Assembly: GCA_963725665.1 (NCBI GenBank)
Contig: CAVRZA010000001.1
Location: forward strand, 352,001 to 416,000
Reading direction: 5' to 3'
Source of the DNA: an uncultured Actinomycetes bacterium
Lineage (GTDB): Bacteria; Actinomycetota; Thermoleophilia; UBA2241
DNA length: 64,000 nucleotides
Shown here one piece after another: positions 47,922 to 57,512 of the stretch; the stretch's first letter is position 1, and each line of letters starts with the position of its first letter. The translations under genes and the position numbers were made by a program. Below the pieces are notes generated by a model. It was not told the DNA's origin, searched no databases, and was given only the letters and a program-made list of their open reading frames with translations.

Positions 47922-50840
47922 ATGAGTGCCGTCGCGCTGCCCGATCCGAGCCCGGCCGGCCTCGCCGCCGCGCGCGAGCTTGCGCGGCGCGTGGCCGGGA
48001 GCGTCGACTGGCGACCGCTGACGCGCTGGCTCTACTCCACGGACTCCTCCATCTACCGGGTAGTGCCCGACGCCGTGCTCGTCGCCCGCTCGGTCGACGA
48101 CCTGGCGCTGGCTGCGGCGACGGCCGCCAAGCACGGCGTGCCGCTGGTAGCTCGCGGCGCCGCCACGAGCACCGCGGGGCAGGCCATCGGCGCGGGCATC
48201 GTCATCGACTGCTTCCACCTCGATCGCATCCTCGCCATCGACCCCGAGCGGCGCGTGGCTCGCGTCGAGCCCGGCGTCGTGCAGGCCTCCCTCAACGCTG
48301 CGGCGGCGCGGCACGGTCTCGAGTTCGGCCCCGACACCTCGACCGTCGACCAGGCCACCATCGGCGGCATGGTCGGCAACAACTCGTCGGGCTCGCGCTC
48401 GGTCGTCTACGGCGAGACGGTCGACAAGACGCTGCGCCTGTGTGCGGTGCTGGCCGACGGCAGCGAGGCCACCTTCGGGCCGTGTGAGGGAGACGACCTC
48501 GCCACGGGCCTCGACGGCCCGCGGGCGACGGCGCTAGCCAAGGGGCTTGGCGCGATGCGCGCCCGCTCGCGGTCGCGCATCGCCTCCAGCTTCCCGGAGA
48601 CGCGCCGCCGCTGCTCCGGCTACAGCCTTGACCGCCTCATCGAGCCGCGCCCGAACCTGGCTCGCCTACTGGCCGGCTCTGAGGGGACGCTCGCGCTGTT
48701 CACGGAGATCGAGGTGGAGCTCGACCGCCTGCCGGCGCTGCGTCTGACGGCCGGCCTCTCGTTCCCCACGCTGCGAGCGGCGCTCGACGCGAACCTGCAG
48801 ATCATGACCACCGGTCCCTCGGCCGTGGAGCTCCTCGACCTGGGGCCGCTGCGCCGCGCCCCCATGTTGCGTGGCTACCGTTTGATCGCTCCCCTGCTGG
48901 AGAGCGACGACGAGGCGGTGCTCCTCGTCGAGTACCAGGGGAGCGAGGATGAGGCGCGCGCCGGCCTCGAGCGCCTGCGTTCCGTCGCGGGGGGTCTGGG
49001 AGCGCGCCTGGTCGTCTACTTCGCCGACCCGCGCGCGGTGGCCCAAGCCTGGGAGCTGCGGCGGGCCGTGCTGCCGCTCCTCATGGGTGCGCCCGGCCGG
49101 CGGCGCCCGGCCGGCTTCGTCGAGGACACCGCCGTGGCTCCCGAGAAGCTGGGCGACTTCCTCGACGACTTTCGCCACCTCCTCGCACGGCGCGGCGTCG
49201 AGGCCTCGTTCACCGGGCACGCCTCGGCGGGCTGTCTGCACGTCCGGCCGCTGCTCGACCTCAAGACGGCCGAGGGCGTCGGAGAGCTGGAGGGGATCGC
49301 GCACGCGGTGGGCAAGCTCGTCCTGGAGTATCACGGCTCCCTGTCGGGCGAGCACGGCGACGGCATCGCGCGCTCCTGGTTCAACCCGCAGCTCTTCGGC
49401 CCCGAGCTCTACGCGGAGATGGTCGCCCTCAAGGAGCTCTTCGACCCCGACCGGCTGCTGGCCCCGGGGCGCGTGGTGGAGGGATCGCGGCCGGCCGAGC
49501 ACCTGCGCCTCGGGCCCTCCTACCGGGCACGGGCGCCGTGGCAGCCGCGCCTCGACCACGGCGTCGACGGCGGCTTCGACCTCGCCGTCGAGAGATGCTT
49601 CGGCGCCGGCCTCTGCAAGAAGCTGTCGGGCACCATGTGCCCTCCTGCCGCCGTCACGCGTGACGAGTCTCTCTCCACCCGCGCGCGGGCCAACGTGCTG
49701 CAGGCCCTCCTCGCCGGTGCGTTGCCGGTCGACACGCTGACCAGTGACGAGGTGCGCGAGGTCCTGGGCACCTGTCTCGCCTGTAAGGCGTGCAAGAACG
49801 AGTGCCCGGCCGGGGTGGACATGGCCGCGCTCAAAGCAGAGTGGCTGGCGGAGGTGCGCAGGCGGGAGGGCGTTCCCTTGCTCGCCCGCGGCATCGCCGA
49901 CTTCAGGCTGCTGGCGCGGCTGGCGGCGCCGGTCGCGCCGCTGGTCTCGGCGCTGGGCGCGACCGGCGCCGCCCGCGCCGTGCTCGCTCGCGCCGGGGTG
50001 GCGCGTGAGCGGCCGCTGCCGGTGATCGCGCGGCGGCCGCTCACGCGCCGCGTGCCCGGTCTTCCCGACGGGGATCGCTCCCGTGCGCGCGGCCGTCGGC
50101 GCGTCTACGCGACGAGCCCGACGGCGGCCCCCGAGGTCGTGCTCATGGCCGATTGCTTCGTCGAGCACCAGGAACCCGAGATCGGCGAGGCCTTCGTCCG
50201 TCTGCTCGGGGCGGCCGGCGTGCCGGTCGCCGCCGTCGACGCCGGCTGCTGCGGTCGGACGATGTTGTCGGCGGGGCGGCTCGAGCGGGCGCGCGGTTCA
50301 GCGCGGCGCTGCGCCGCCCGGCTGGCGGAGCACGCCGGAGCAGGGCGCACCGTCGCCTTCGTCGAGCCGAGCTGCCTCTCCATGGCGGTCGACGACTGGG
50401 CGCGCCTTCTACCCGGCGACGGCGACGCCGCCGCCGTCGCCGCCGCGGCGCGCCCGGCGTTGTCGGTGATCGCCGACCTGGCGGCCGCCGGCCGCCTCAC
50501 CTTCGCGGCCGGCGGCCGCGCGCTGCTGCACGCGCACTGCCACGAGAAGGCGCTGTACGGCAGCGACGAGACCGAGCGCGCCCTGCGCGCCGTGCCCGGT
50601 CTGGACCTCGACGTGCTCGACGCCGGCTGCTGTGGCATGTCGGGGGTCTTCGGCTACGAGGCGGAGCACTACGAGCTGAGTGTCGCCATCGCCGAGGATA
50701 GGCTGCTCCCGGCGGTTCGCGCGGCGGGGCCGGAGGTCGCAGTGCTGGCAACCGGCACCTCGTGCCGGGCACAGATCGGCGACCTCGGGCCCCGCCGCGC
50801 CGAGCACCCACTCGTGTTCCTCGCACGGCGCCTGCGTTGA
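47922..50840 (+). CDS. FAD-binding and Fe-S/CCG-domain oxidoreductase (GlcD-GlcF fusion, YdiJ-like 2-hydroxyacid dehydrogenase)
   Basis: ATIGGMVGNNSSG, GSEGTL, HASAGCLH, SGEHGDG, CLACKACKNECP, two CCG motifs. Confidence 0.9.
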   Translation: MSAVALPDPSPAGLAAARELARRVAGSVDWRPLTRWLYSTDSSIYRVVPDAVLVARSVDDLALAAATAAKHGVPLVARGAATSTAGQAIGAGIVIDCFHLDRILAIDPERRVARVEPGVVQASLNAAAARHGLEFGPDTSTVDQATIGGMVGNNSSGSRSVVYGETVDKTLRLCAVLADGSEATFGPCEGDDLATGLDGPRATALAKGLGAMRARSRSRIASSFPETRRRCSGYSLDRLIEPRPNLARLLAGSEGTLALFTEIEVELDRLPALRLTAGLSFPTLRAALDANLQIMTTGPSAVELLDLGPLRRAPMLRGYRLIAPLLESDDEAVLLVEYQGSEDEARAGLERLRSVAGGLGARLVVYFADPRAVAQAWELRRAVLPLLMGAPGRRRPAGFVEDTAVAPEKLGDFLDDFRHLLARRGVEASFTGHASAGCLHVRPLLDLKTAEGVGELEGIAHAVGKLVLEYHGSLSGEHGDGIARSWFNPQLFGPELYAEMVALKELFDPDRLLAPGRVVEGSRPAEHLRLGPSYRARAPWQPRLDHGVDGGFDLAVERCFGAGLCKKLSGTMCPPAAVTRDESLSTRARANVLQALLAGALPVDTLTSDEVREVLGTCLACKACKNECPAGVDMAALKAEWLAEVRRREGVPLLARGIADFRLLARLAAPVAPLVSALGATGAARAVLARAGVARERPLPVIARRPLTRRVPGLPDGDRSRARGRRRVYATSPTAAPEVVLMADCFVEHQEPEIGEAFVRLLGAAGVPVAAVDAGCCGRTMLSAGRLERARGSARRCAARLAEHAGAGRTVAFVEPSCLSMAVDDWARLLPGDGDAAAVAAAARPALSVIADLAAAGRLTFAAGGRALLHAHCHEKALYGSDETERALRAVPGLDLDVLDAGCCGMSGVFGYEAEHYELSVAIAEDRLLPAVRAAGPEVAVLATGTSCRAQIGDLGPRRAEHPLVFLARRLR

Positions 50841-51305
50841 CGCGACTCGCAGCTTGCCGTCGCGTGCGCTCCCGATTCGTCCTCGACCCGCCGATACTCG
50901 ACCCGCCTACCCCCGATGCGCCACCCACGCGCCGATCGAGACCAGGGGGCTCCGAGGAGTGTAGTGTTCCGGGACGTTGTGCAGGAGCGATCCGAGATCA
51001 GGCTAGGACCGTCGTCGTCCACGTAGGGTTGCCCTGGGCCTTGACACGACTCGAGCACCACGAATCCGCCGGCGCCGTTGAATCCGCGGCGAAGAGGCGT
51101 CAACAGGGCAAGTGATCGCCCACTGGTCGCCCGCCAACCTGCCTGCGCGAGGACTACCGGGATCGTCGACCGTCCGGCCGACCGAAACGCCCGGCGATGC
51201 TACGACGCCCGCGAGCTTGACGGATGTAGCCGTCGGCGAGAGCGTGTTGGATGCTTGCCTTTCATGCTTGCTGTGGGCGCACGGCGGACGATGGAGGCCA
51301 TGACC

Positions 51306-52580
51306 ATGAGTGGCAAAGAGATTCGGCTTGGCAAGTACTCACTCGGTGTGGGCGACCGTTTTGGCCATCAGGGCTGTGCGCAGCTGCGCGCCTTTCAGGA
51401 CGCGGCTGCGCACGGCGTGGATGTGGTTCCCTCCTGGAACAAGTCGAACCGTGAGCACGAGACTCTTCGATCGGGACCGGTGAGTGTGCGCAGGGAGGCC
51501 GACGACGCCGTACGCGTCATGGGGTGGGGTGGGCCGTACTTCGTGGACGCCGACCACATCGATCTGGAGACTGTGGACCGCTATCTCGCGCCGTGCGATT
51601 TCTTCACTCTGGATGTGGCGCGCTTGATCGGACGTCGGCCGGAGGCCGGCGCTGTGGGTGCCTTCTTGGCCAGACACGGCGACCTAATGACCGGCATCAC
51701 GATACCAGGCCTCGCCGACCCCGTGCGCATGACGATGGAATTGGCAGCATGGGCCGCATCTCAGTACCTGGCGGCCGTCGCCGAGGCCGGGCGCATATAC
51801 CGTCACGTGGAAGCCGCGAAGGGCGCGGGGACGTTCGTCACCGAGGTGTCGTTGGACGAGACGGAGACACCGCAGAAACCAGCCGAGCTGCTGCTCATCC
51901 TGGCTGCGATCGCCGACGAAGGCATCCCGATACAGACGATCGCGCCGAGGTTTGGCGGACGCTTCAACAAAGGAGTCGACTACGTGGGCGACGCCGCCGC
52001 ATTCGAGGCAGAATTCGCAGACGATGTCGCCGTGGTCACTCACGCCGCCTCAGCCTACGGACTGCCCGAGAACCTCAAACTCAGCGTGCACTCCGGCAGC
52101 GACAAGTTCTCGATCTTCCCGGCCATCCGCCGCGTGCTCAGGAGGTCGGGCGCGGGCGTGCACGTCAAGACGGCTGGCACTACGTGGCTCGAGGAGATCA
52201 TCGGACTTGCGGAGGCGGGCGACGAGGGGCTTGCACTGGCGAAGGACGTCTATGCCGCTGCCCTTGACCGCCGGGAGGAACTCTGCGCCGGCTATGCCAC
52301 CGTCATCGACATCGATCCCGCGCGGCTGCCGTCCCAAAGCGAGGTTCGGTCTTGGAGCTCAGAGCAGTTCGTCGCGGCAGTTCGGCACGACGAGGCCGAT
52401 CCCGCCTACAATGCGAACGTACGTCAACTTCTGCATGTCGGCTACAAGATCGCTGCTTCTATGGGTTCTCGATACACGGATCTGCTCGAGTCTTCCGAAG
52501 ATTCCATTGCGAGGAACGTGACCCAGAACCTCTACGAGCGGCATATAGTGCCACTGTTCTTGCGGGCACAAGCGCCCTGA
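51306..52580 (+). CDS. uxaE: Tagaturonate/fructuronate epimerase family protein
   Basis: SLGVGDRF, WNKSNREH, FVDADHI, FNKGVDY, KLSVHSGSDKFS, HVKTAGTTWLEE; RBS GGAGG. Confidence 0.88.
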   Translation: MSGKEIRLGKYSLGVGDRFGHQGCAQLRAFQDAAAHGVDVVPSWNKSNREHETLRSGPVSVRREADDAVRVMGWGGPYFVDADHIDLETVDRYLAPCDFFTLDVARLIGRRPEAGAVGAFLARHGDLMTGITIPGLADPVRMTMELAAWAASQYLAAVAEAGRIYRHVEAAKGAGTFVTEVSLDETETPQKPAELLLILAAIADEGIPIQTIAPRFGGRFNKGVDYVGDAAAFEAEFADDVAVVTHAASAYGLPENLKLSVHSGSDKFSIFPAIRRVLRRSGAGVHVKTAGTTWLEEIIGLAEAGDEGLALAKDVYAAALDRREELCAGYATVIDIDPARLPSQSEVRSWSSEQFVAAVRHDEADPAYNANVRQLLHVGYKIAASMGSRYTDLLESSEDSIARNVTQNLYERHIVPLFLRAQAP

Positions 52581-52590
52581 AGAGACAGCA

Positions 52591-52755
52591 CAGCCTGCTC
52601 ATTGCCGACGGCAGCGGTTGCTCGAAGGCCACGAGGGTCGGTTGCCAGTGGTGCGCCGCGGCGCTGGCATCGCAGACGCACAGATCGGCGAGCGCCGCGA
52701 GCTTGCGCACGACCGGTGTCTCGGCCCGATCTCCGGGTGAGAGCTCGAGCTTGTT
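52591..52755 (-). pseudogene. Degenerate fragment of an archaeal-type phosphoglycerate kinase
   Basis: VVRKLAALADLCVCDASAAAHHWQPTLVAFEQPLPSAMSRL resembles the PGK motif KLA.LAD..VNDAFAAAHRSQPSLVGF...P...G.L; no recognisable start or remainder. Confidence 0.6.
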
Positions 52756-53138
52756 CAGATACTGTACGGCGGCGGGGCGCAGACGTCCGACCTGCACGGG
52801 GCCAACCCTCAGCAGATCGTGCCGCCGGGCTGCGACCCTGAGCGACGAAGCCGAGTCCACCGCACTAGGCCTCGGTCGCGACGAACTGCAGCAGTCTTGG
52901 CAGGGCGGCGCCTGCGTGCGCAAAGGAGTCGAGAGCTCTCCCGGCGAATGTCGCCCCGGAGGATGCGATACGTCACCCGGCGACGCAACGAGGCATCGGA
53001 CAGCCGCCGTGGCCGCCGAAGTCCGGGGCCAAGGAGAGGCGTGTCGCGCGGCGCTTGAGGGTGGCGAAGCGGGCGAATAGACTGTATGCAGCCGCGGGCG
53101 AACGGTCCCTCGGGACGCACGACTCGCGGCAGGAATCG

Positions 53139-53405
53139 ATGGCTGAAGCGGCATCAGAGCGCAAGAGGCGGGTGGCGAGCGAGCTCGCTATCGACCTCGA
53201 CCTCTGCAAGGCCTGCGGTATCTGCCTCGCCCTCTGTCCCCGCGATGTCTTCGACGCCGACGAGCGCGGCTACCCCGTCGTCGCGCGTCTCGAGGCCTGC
53301 ACCGTCTGTCGCATCTGCGAGTACCACTGCCCCGACTTCGCCATCTCGATCTCGTGGAGGGAGGAGCGGCGGCGCGTCACTGCGGACGACGCCGCGCGCG
53401 GGTGA
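53139..53405 (+). CDS. korD: 2-oxoacid:ferredoxin oxidoreductase delta subunit (2x[4Fe-4S] ferredoxin)
   Basis: CKACGICLALCP and CTVCRICEYHCPDFAI. Confidence 0.88.
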   Translation: MAEAASERKRRVASELAIDLDLCKACGICLALCPRDVFDADERGYPVVARLEACTVCRICEYHCPDFAISISWREERRRVTADDAARG

Positions 53406-54559
53406 TGCCGCAGCCGCGCCGCCTGGTGCAGGGCAACGAAGCGGTCGCCGAGGGGGCCATCGCCGCCGGCGCCCGCTTCTTCGCCGGCTACCCCATCACG
53501 CCCTCGACCGAGATCGCCGAGGTCCTCGCCCGCCGCCTGCCCGCAGTGGGCGGCCACTTCATCCAGATGGAGGACGAGATCGGCTCCATCGCGGCCGTCA
53601 TCGGCGCCTCGCTCGCCGGCACGAAGGCGCTCACCGCGACCTCGGGGCCGGGCTTCTCGCTCATGCAGGAGAGCATCGGTTACGCCGCCATGGCGCAGGT
53701 CCCCTGTGTCATCGTCGACGTCATGCGCGGCGGCCCCTCCACGGGGCTGCCTACGGAGCCCTCGCAGGGAGACGTCATGCAGGCGAGGTGGGGCACCCAC
53801 GGCGAGCACTCCATCATCGCCCTCGTGCCCAGCTCGGTGGCCGAGTGCTTCTCGCTCACCGTCGAAGCCTTCAACCTGGCCGAGCGCTTCCGCAGCCCAG
53901 TCATCATCCTCTCCGACGCCACCGTCGGCCACATGAGAGAGGCGGTGGAGCTGCCGTTGCCGGGTGAGATCATCGTGGTCGACAGGCCCGAGCCCCAGTG
54001 CGCGCCCGACGACGCGGCCTGCCGGATCCCTTCGGACGACGGCATCTACCCTCTCCCGGCGCTCGGCTCGCCGTACAAGCTTCACGTGACGGGCCTCGTC
54101 TACAACCTGGAGAGCGGCGCGCCGAACACGGGTGACGCGCGCGTGGCCCGAGACCTCGGTACCTACATGCGCGAGAAGATCTACCACCACCGCGACGACA
54201 TCGAGCGCGTCGAGGAGCTCGAGATGGAGGACGCCGAGGTGGCGCTCTTCGCCTACGGCTCCGTGGCGCGCTCGGCCAAGGCGGCATTGCGCTGGGGCCG
54301 GCGCCAGGGGGTCAAGGTCGGCCTCGTGCGTCCCATCACGCTGTGGCCCTTCCCCACGGCGGCCGTCGAGCACATGGCCGAGCAGGTGCGCACGGTCATC
54401 GTCCCCGAGATGAACTTAAGACAGATGGCCTGGGAGGTGCAGGCCGCGGTCAAGGGCCGCGCCAAGGTGGTCGACTACGGCCGCGTCGACGGCAAGCTGA
54501 TCCGCCCCGAAGAGATCCAGGACTCTCATCGAGAAGGAGTTCCACTATCACCGCTTTAG
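53405..54559 (+). CDS. korA: 2-oxoacid:ferredoxin oxidoreductase alpha subunit
   Basis: GNEAVA, FAGYPITPSTE, QMEDEI, ATSGPGFSLM, RGGPSTGLPT, VPEMN. Confidence 0.92.
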   Translation: MPQPRRLVQGNEAVAEGAIAAGARFFAGYPITPSTEIAEVLARRLPAVGGHFIQMEDEIGSIAAVIGASLAGTKALTATSGPGFSLMQESIGYAAMAQVPCVIVDVMRGGPSTGLPTEPSQGDVMQARWGTHGEHSIIALVPSSVAECFSLTVEAFNLAERFRSPVIILSDATVGHMREAVELPLPGEIIVVDRPEPQCAPDDAACRIPSDDGIYPLPALGSPYKLHVTGLVYNLESGAPNTGDARVARDLGTYMREKIYHHRDDIERVEELEMEDAEVALFAYGSVARSAKAALRWGRRQGVKVGLVRPITLWPFPTAAVEHMAEQVRTVIVPEMNLRQMAWEVQAAVKGRAKVVDYGRVDGKLIRPEEIQDSHREGVPLSPL

Positions 54560-54615
54560 TTGACGAAGAGCTCCTAGAGGCGCCGCCGCCCAAGGAGTGC
54601 GCGCCGCCGAAGGTC

Positions 54616-55428
54616 GTGCCCCACGCGACGTCCGAGATCAGGGCGCACCTGCGCTCCGCCACGACTCTCTGGTGCGCGGGGTGCTCGAACGGCATCGTCA
54701 CGCGCGCCATCATCGACGCCATCCTCGGTCTTAGGCTCGACAGCGAGAAGCTCGCGCTCATCGCCGGCATCGGCTGCGCCGGGCGCATCACCTCCTATCT
54801 CGACTACTCCACCGTGCACACGGCCCACGGCCGGGCGCTCGCGGTCGCGACTGGCGCCAAGGCCGCCGACCCCAGCCTGCAGATCGTCGTCGTCATGGGC
54901 GACGGCGACTGCGTGGCCATCGGCGGCAACCATCTCATCCACGCCGCGCGGCGCAACATCGATCTCACGGCGATCGTGTTCAACAACTCGATCTACGGCA
55001 TGACCGGCGGCCAGATGAGCCCCACGACCTTCGAGGGCGACCTCTCCACGACGAGTCCCTACGGCAACATCGAGCAGGCCTTCGATATCTGCGAACTGGC
55101 CCGTTCCGCGGGGGCGACCTACGTCGCCCGCGGCACCTCCTGGGCCTACCCGCAGCTGGTCGGCCTGATCGCCGGCGGCCTGGTACACAAGGGCTTCTCC
55201 TTCATCGAGGCGATGGTCGCCTGCCCCACCTACTACGGACGCCAGAACCAGGGCGCCGACCCGGCCGAGATGCTGCGCCGGCAGCGTGACCGCTCGGTGC
55301 CCGTGGCGACCTACAAGCCCGGACATCCTCGTCACCAGGACCGCTACCCCGTCGGCGTGCTCCACCACGCCGAGCGCGAGGAGTACACCGAGGCCTACGC
55401 GGAGGTCCAGCGGCGTGCCCGCTCCTGA
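54616..55428 (+). CDS. korB: 2-oxoacid:ferredoxin oxidoreductase beta subunit (start GTG 54616, or possibly ATC 54547)
   Basis: WCAGC, GIGC, HGRAL, TPP motif GDGD...NNSIYGMTGGQMSPTT. Confidence 0.92.
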   Translation: MPHATSEIRAHLRSATTLWCAGCSNGIVTRAIIDAILGLRLDSEKLALIAGIGCAGRITSYLDYSTVHTAHGRALAVATGAKAADPSLQIVVVMGDGDCVAIGGNHLIHAARRNIDLTAIVFNNSIYGMTGGQMSPTTFEGDLSTTSPYGNIEQAFDICELARSAGATYVARGTSWAYPQLVGLIAGGLVHKGFSFIEAMVACPTYYGRQNQGADPAEMLRRQRDRSVPVATYKPGHPRHQDRYPVGVLHHAEREEYTEAYAEVQRRARS

Positions 55429-56008
55429 CCAAGACGGGAAGGGCAGCGCGGTCGACCGCGGTGCTCGCTACGAGATCCGCCTCTCGGGCTCGGGCGGACA
55501 GGGCCTCATCCTCGCCGCCACGGTGCTCGCCGACGCCGTGGTCGCCTCGGGCAAGGAGGTCCTGCAGACGCAGAGCTACGGTCCCGAGGCGCGTGGGGGA
55601 GCCTCCAAGGCCGAGATCATCGTCTCCGACTCCGAGATCGACTTCCCCGAGGTCACCGCGCCCGATGTGACCCTCTGCCTCTCGCAGGAGGCCTTCGACA
55701 GCTACGCGGCCGAGACGAAGCCGGGCGGCGTGGTCGTGTACGACGAGGGACTTGTCGCTCCCCGGCCGCTCGAAGGGGTGCGCCTCTTCGGCCTGGCCTT
55801 CACCGACCTTGCCGAGCAGAAGCTCGGCAAGGTCGTGGCGGCCAACACGATCGCCCTGGGCGCGTTGCTTGAGGCGACCGGGCTGATGCCCGTCGAGCAG
55901 GTGCGCGACTCCCTGGAGCGGCTCCTGCCGGCGCGCTTCCTCGAGCTCAATCTCCGAGCGCTCGCGCTCGGCGTCGCCGCGTGCGAGCGCGGCGCAGCTT
56001 CCCCGTGA
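55415..56008 (+). CDS. korC: 2-oxoacid:ferredoxin oxidoreductase gamma subunit
   Basis: SGSGGQG, QSYGPEARGG, ANTIALG; RBS GGAGG. Confidence 0.9.
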   Translation: MPAPDQDGKGSAVDRGARYEIRLSGSGGQGLILAATVLADAVVASGKEVLQTQSYGPEARGGASKAEIIVSDSEIDFPEVTAPDVTLCLSQEAFDSYAAETKPGGVVVYDEGLVAPRPLEGVRLFGLAFTDLAEQKLGKVVAANTIALGALLEATGLMPVEQVRDSLERLLPARFLELNLRALALGVAACERGAASP

Positions 56009-56184
56009 ACGTCGTCATCATCGTCACGGGCATCATCGGCCTGGCGGTAGCGGCCTACGCCCTCATCGACCTCGCCATGGCGGCCGGTCCGCGGCGCCGC
56101 CTCCTCGACGTCGCACTCGTCATCGCCGCCGCGGCGGCCACCATCGCGGCGCTCCTCACCTGGGGCGACCGGCTGCTGCAGTAG
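56005..56184 (+). CDS. Small two-TM membrane protein
   Basis: GTGA overlap with korC; two hydrophobic helices. Confidence 0.6.
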   Translation: MNVVIIVTGIIGLAVAAYALIDLAMAAGPRRRLLDVALVIAAAAATIAALLTWGDRLLQ

Positions 56185-56317
56185 TCGCTTCCTCCTAAGG
56201 CGAACGTCCCGCTCTGCCGATACCAGGCCTGTGCCTCCCGCCTGGCGAGCGGGCACGCGGGTATGTCCTGCCCGGCGGGTGGGTTCCCGGGACGATGTTG
56301 GGCGAAGAAGCGAGAGT

Positions 56318-56908
56318 ATGGGAAAGCGCAGGATACTGGTCGTCGACGACAACCCCGACGTCCTCCGCCTCGTCGACGAGGCGCTGACAATGGCCGGCTA
56401 CGAGGTGACGACCGCGGCGTGTGGAGCGGAGGGGGTGAGCAGGGGCGGCATGTGCCTGCCCGATCTCGTCCTGCTCGACATCATGATGCCCGACGCCGAT
56501 GGCTACACGGTTTACGAGCGGCTGCGGGCCAAGCCGACGCCGGGGCTCAACTGCCCCATCATCTTCTTGACGGCCCACAAAGACATCGACCACAAGCTGC
56601 TGGGCTTCCAGAAGGGAGCCGTCGACTACATCACCAAGCCCTTCCACGTCAGGGAGCTGCTCGCTCGCGTGAAGGTGCACCTGCACGAAGTGGAGCCGCC
56701 CTCCGGCGACGTCCCCAACCCGCTGACCGACCGCGAGCGGGAGGTCGTGGCTCTGCTCGCGGGGGGCAAGACCTACAAGCAGGTCGCGCGTGCGCTACGT
56801 CTGTCGCAGAGCACGGTGCGCAATCACCTGCACAACGTCTACCACAAGCTCGACGTGGTCGACCGTGCGCAGGCGGTCATCGTGAGTCGCGACAACGGGT
56901 GGATCTAG
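56318..56908 (+). CDS. Response regulator with C-terminal LuxR-type HTH
   Basis: VVDDN, LLDIMMP, YITKPF, LTDREREV...TVRNHLHNVYHKL. Confidence 0.9.
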   Translation: MGKRRILVVDDNPDVLRLVDEALTMAGYEVTTAACGAEGVSRGGMCLPDLVLLDIMMPDADGYTVYERLRAKPTPGLNCPIIFLTAHKDIDHKLLGFQKGAVDYITKPFHVRELLARVKVHLHEVEPPSGDVPNPLTDREREVVALLAGGKTYKQVARALRLSQSTVRNHLHNVYHKLDVVDRAQAVIVSRDNGWI

Positions 56909-56988
56909 GCGGACGTCGCCGCGGGGCGGCTAGTGCCGGGTGAGGCTGCAGCAGGCTCCGGTCGACCCGAGCGGCGCGCCGTCGACTC

Positions 56989-57252
56989 TCAGGATGCCGA
57001 GAAAGGCCGCTGAGTCTCGAAGGGCATCTCGGGCAGCACCCAGTCGCCGACCGCGCGCCGACGATCGCTGCGGCGACGCTCGGGTAGCACGGCCTGCTCG
57101 ATCGCGCGGCGCTCACCCCAGCGCCGGTCGACGAGGATGGTCACATCGGAGCGACCCGCGTAGCGCCGGCAGAGACGGTCGTAGAAGAATTCCTCCAGAC
57201 CTCTCGGGATGATGATCACTTTCTTCCTCCCGGCCGCTGCCGACTCGCGCAT
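56989..57252 (-). CDS. Small protein with Arg-rich DRR/ERR repeats
   Basis: Strong RBS AGGAGGTG before ATG 57252; VDRRWGERR...ERRRSDRRR. Confidence 0.65.
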   Translation of the reverse strand: MRESAAAGRKKVIIIPRGLEEFFYDRLCRRYAGRSDVTILVDRRWGERRAIEQAVLPERRRSDRRRAVGDWVLPEMPFETQRPFSAS

Positions 57253-57512
57253 GGTCACCTCCTGGGACTCTTGCCTGGCCATGTAGTTCGCGCCGACCGC
57301 CGGCCTCTCCTGCCGCGCGGTGTCCCAGCGACGATGATATCCCCCCGGCCTGGAGCACGTGGAGGACCGCGGGTGACCACGTGGTGTCTGGGCAGGCTAC
57401 AGGCGTCGCCGATTGACGCGGCTGACGCAAGCGGGGCTGCGTGCTCGAAATTCGCGGTGCTAGCGGAAGCGCGCCCGAGTACAATGTGAAAGCCAGCGAC
57501 CTTGGAGCCCCA

